From an uncultured candidate division Zixibacteria bacterium (GTDB lineage: Bacteria; Zixibacteria; MSB-5A5; GN15; FEB-12): a DNA stretch of 64,000 nucleotides. Where the stretch lies: contig CAVTJJ010000004.1 of NCBI GenBank assembly GCA_963735035.1, positions 32,001-96,000 on the forward strand, in the 5' to 3' direction. The notes under the pieces were generated by a model. The model was given only the letters and a program-made list of their open reading frames with translations. It was not told the DNA's origin and searched no databases. Each line of letters begins with the position of its first letter. Position 1 is the stretch's first letter. Positions 63,735-64,000 of this stretch are shown piece by piece. The position numbers were made by a program, and so were the translations under genes.

Positions 63735-63935
63735 GGTTGTGTCAGGTCTTGCTCACGCGTCTGCCAAAGGCGGACGCGTGAGCAAGACCTGACGCCTTGC
63801 CGTTCGCCGGAAGGTACCACCTGTCACGCGTCAGGTCACATCCCCGATCCACCTTCGGCAGATCGGGGACAAGACCCGACGCAACGGTCTGTACAGTTGT
63901 TGACACCCCGGCAGATGTGGACATCTGCCGGGCAC
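63735..63935. repeat. REP-like cluster
   Basis: Two GTCAGGTC...GACC(T/C)GACGC elements and a CCCGGCAGATGTGGACATCTGCCGGG palindrome. Confidence 0.8.
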
Positions 63936-64000
63936 TTCTCTAACCTAGCGTCCCCTCAGACCTGAAAGCTCTCCCGCAGGTCGCCGCGGATACCGATCGT

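Noticed and set aside
1..64000. tRNA or rRNA genes
   Set aside because: No cloverleaf with T-loop/CCA context or rRNA-like sequence recognised by eye

Overview
A 64-kb, GC-rich bacterial chromosomal segment that contains the replication origin (mrp-dnaA-oriC-dnaN-recF) and housekeeping genes (ilvC, nadC, birA, iscU, mutM, ileS, dksA-like, lspA, pepF, PNP, divIVA-like, yggS, alr, rex, uvrA). Cys-bracketed dockerin-like C-termini on the secreted proteins suggest a Zixibacteria-like organism (inference only). Accessory content: a Vsr plus a 5'-truncated EcoRII-like nuclease; a TPP-riboswitch-controlled TonB receptor plus SSS symporter; an HmuY-like/TonB receptor pair; a KAP NTPase; an IS30 element; an ECF sigma/ZAS-TPR anti-sigma pair divergent from two SBBP-dockerin proteins; and a small peptide ORF with a CPBP-like gene and an ABC remnant. 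Many intergenic regions are packed with several families of REP/RPE-like palindromes. These are nested, are hit by an IS30 and a MITE, sit in-frame inside one CDS, and coincide with a gene truncation. The best novel candidate is a ~72-nt sigma54-dependent small RNA (6891-6962) with an upstream palindrome and an intrinsic terminator. Single-base frameshifts in essential genes (ileS, iscU) point to consensus errors in the assembly, so pseudogene calls are cautious.
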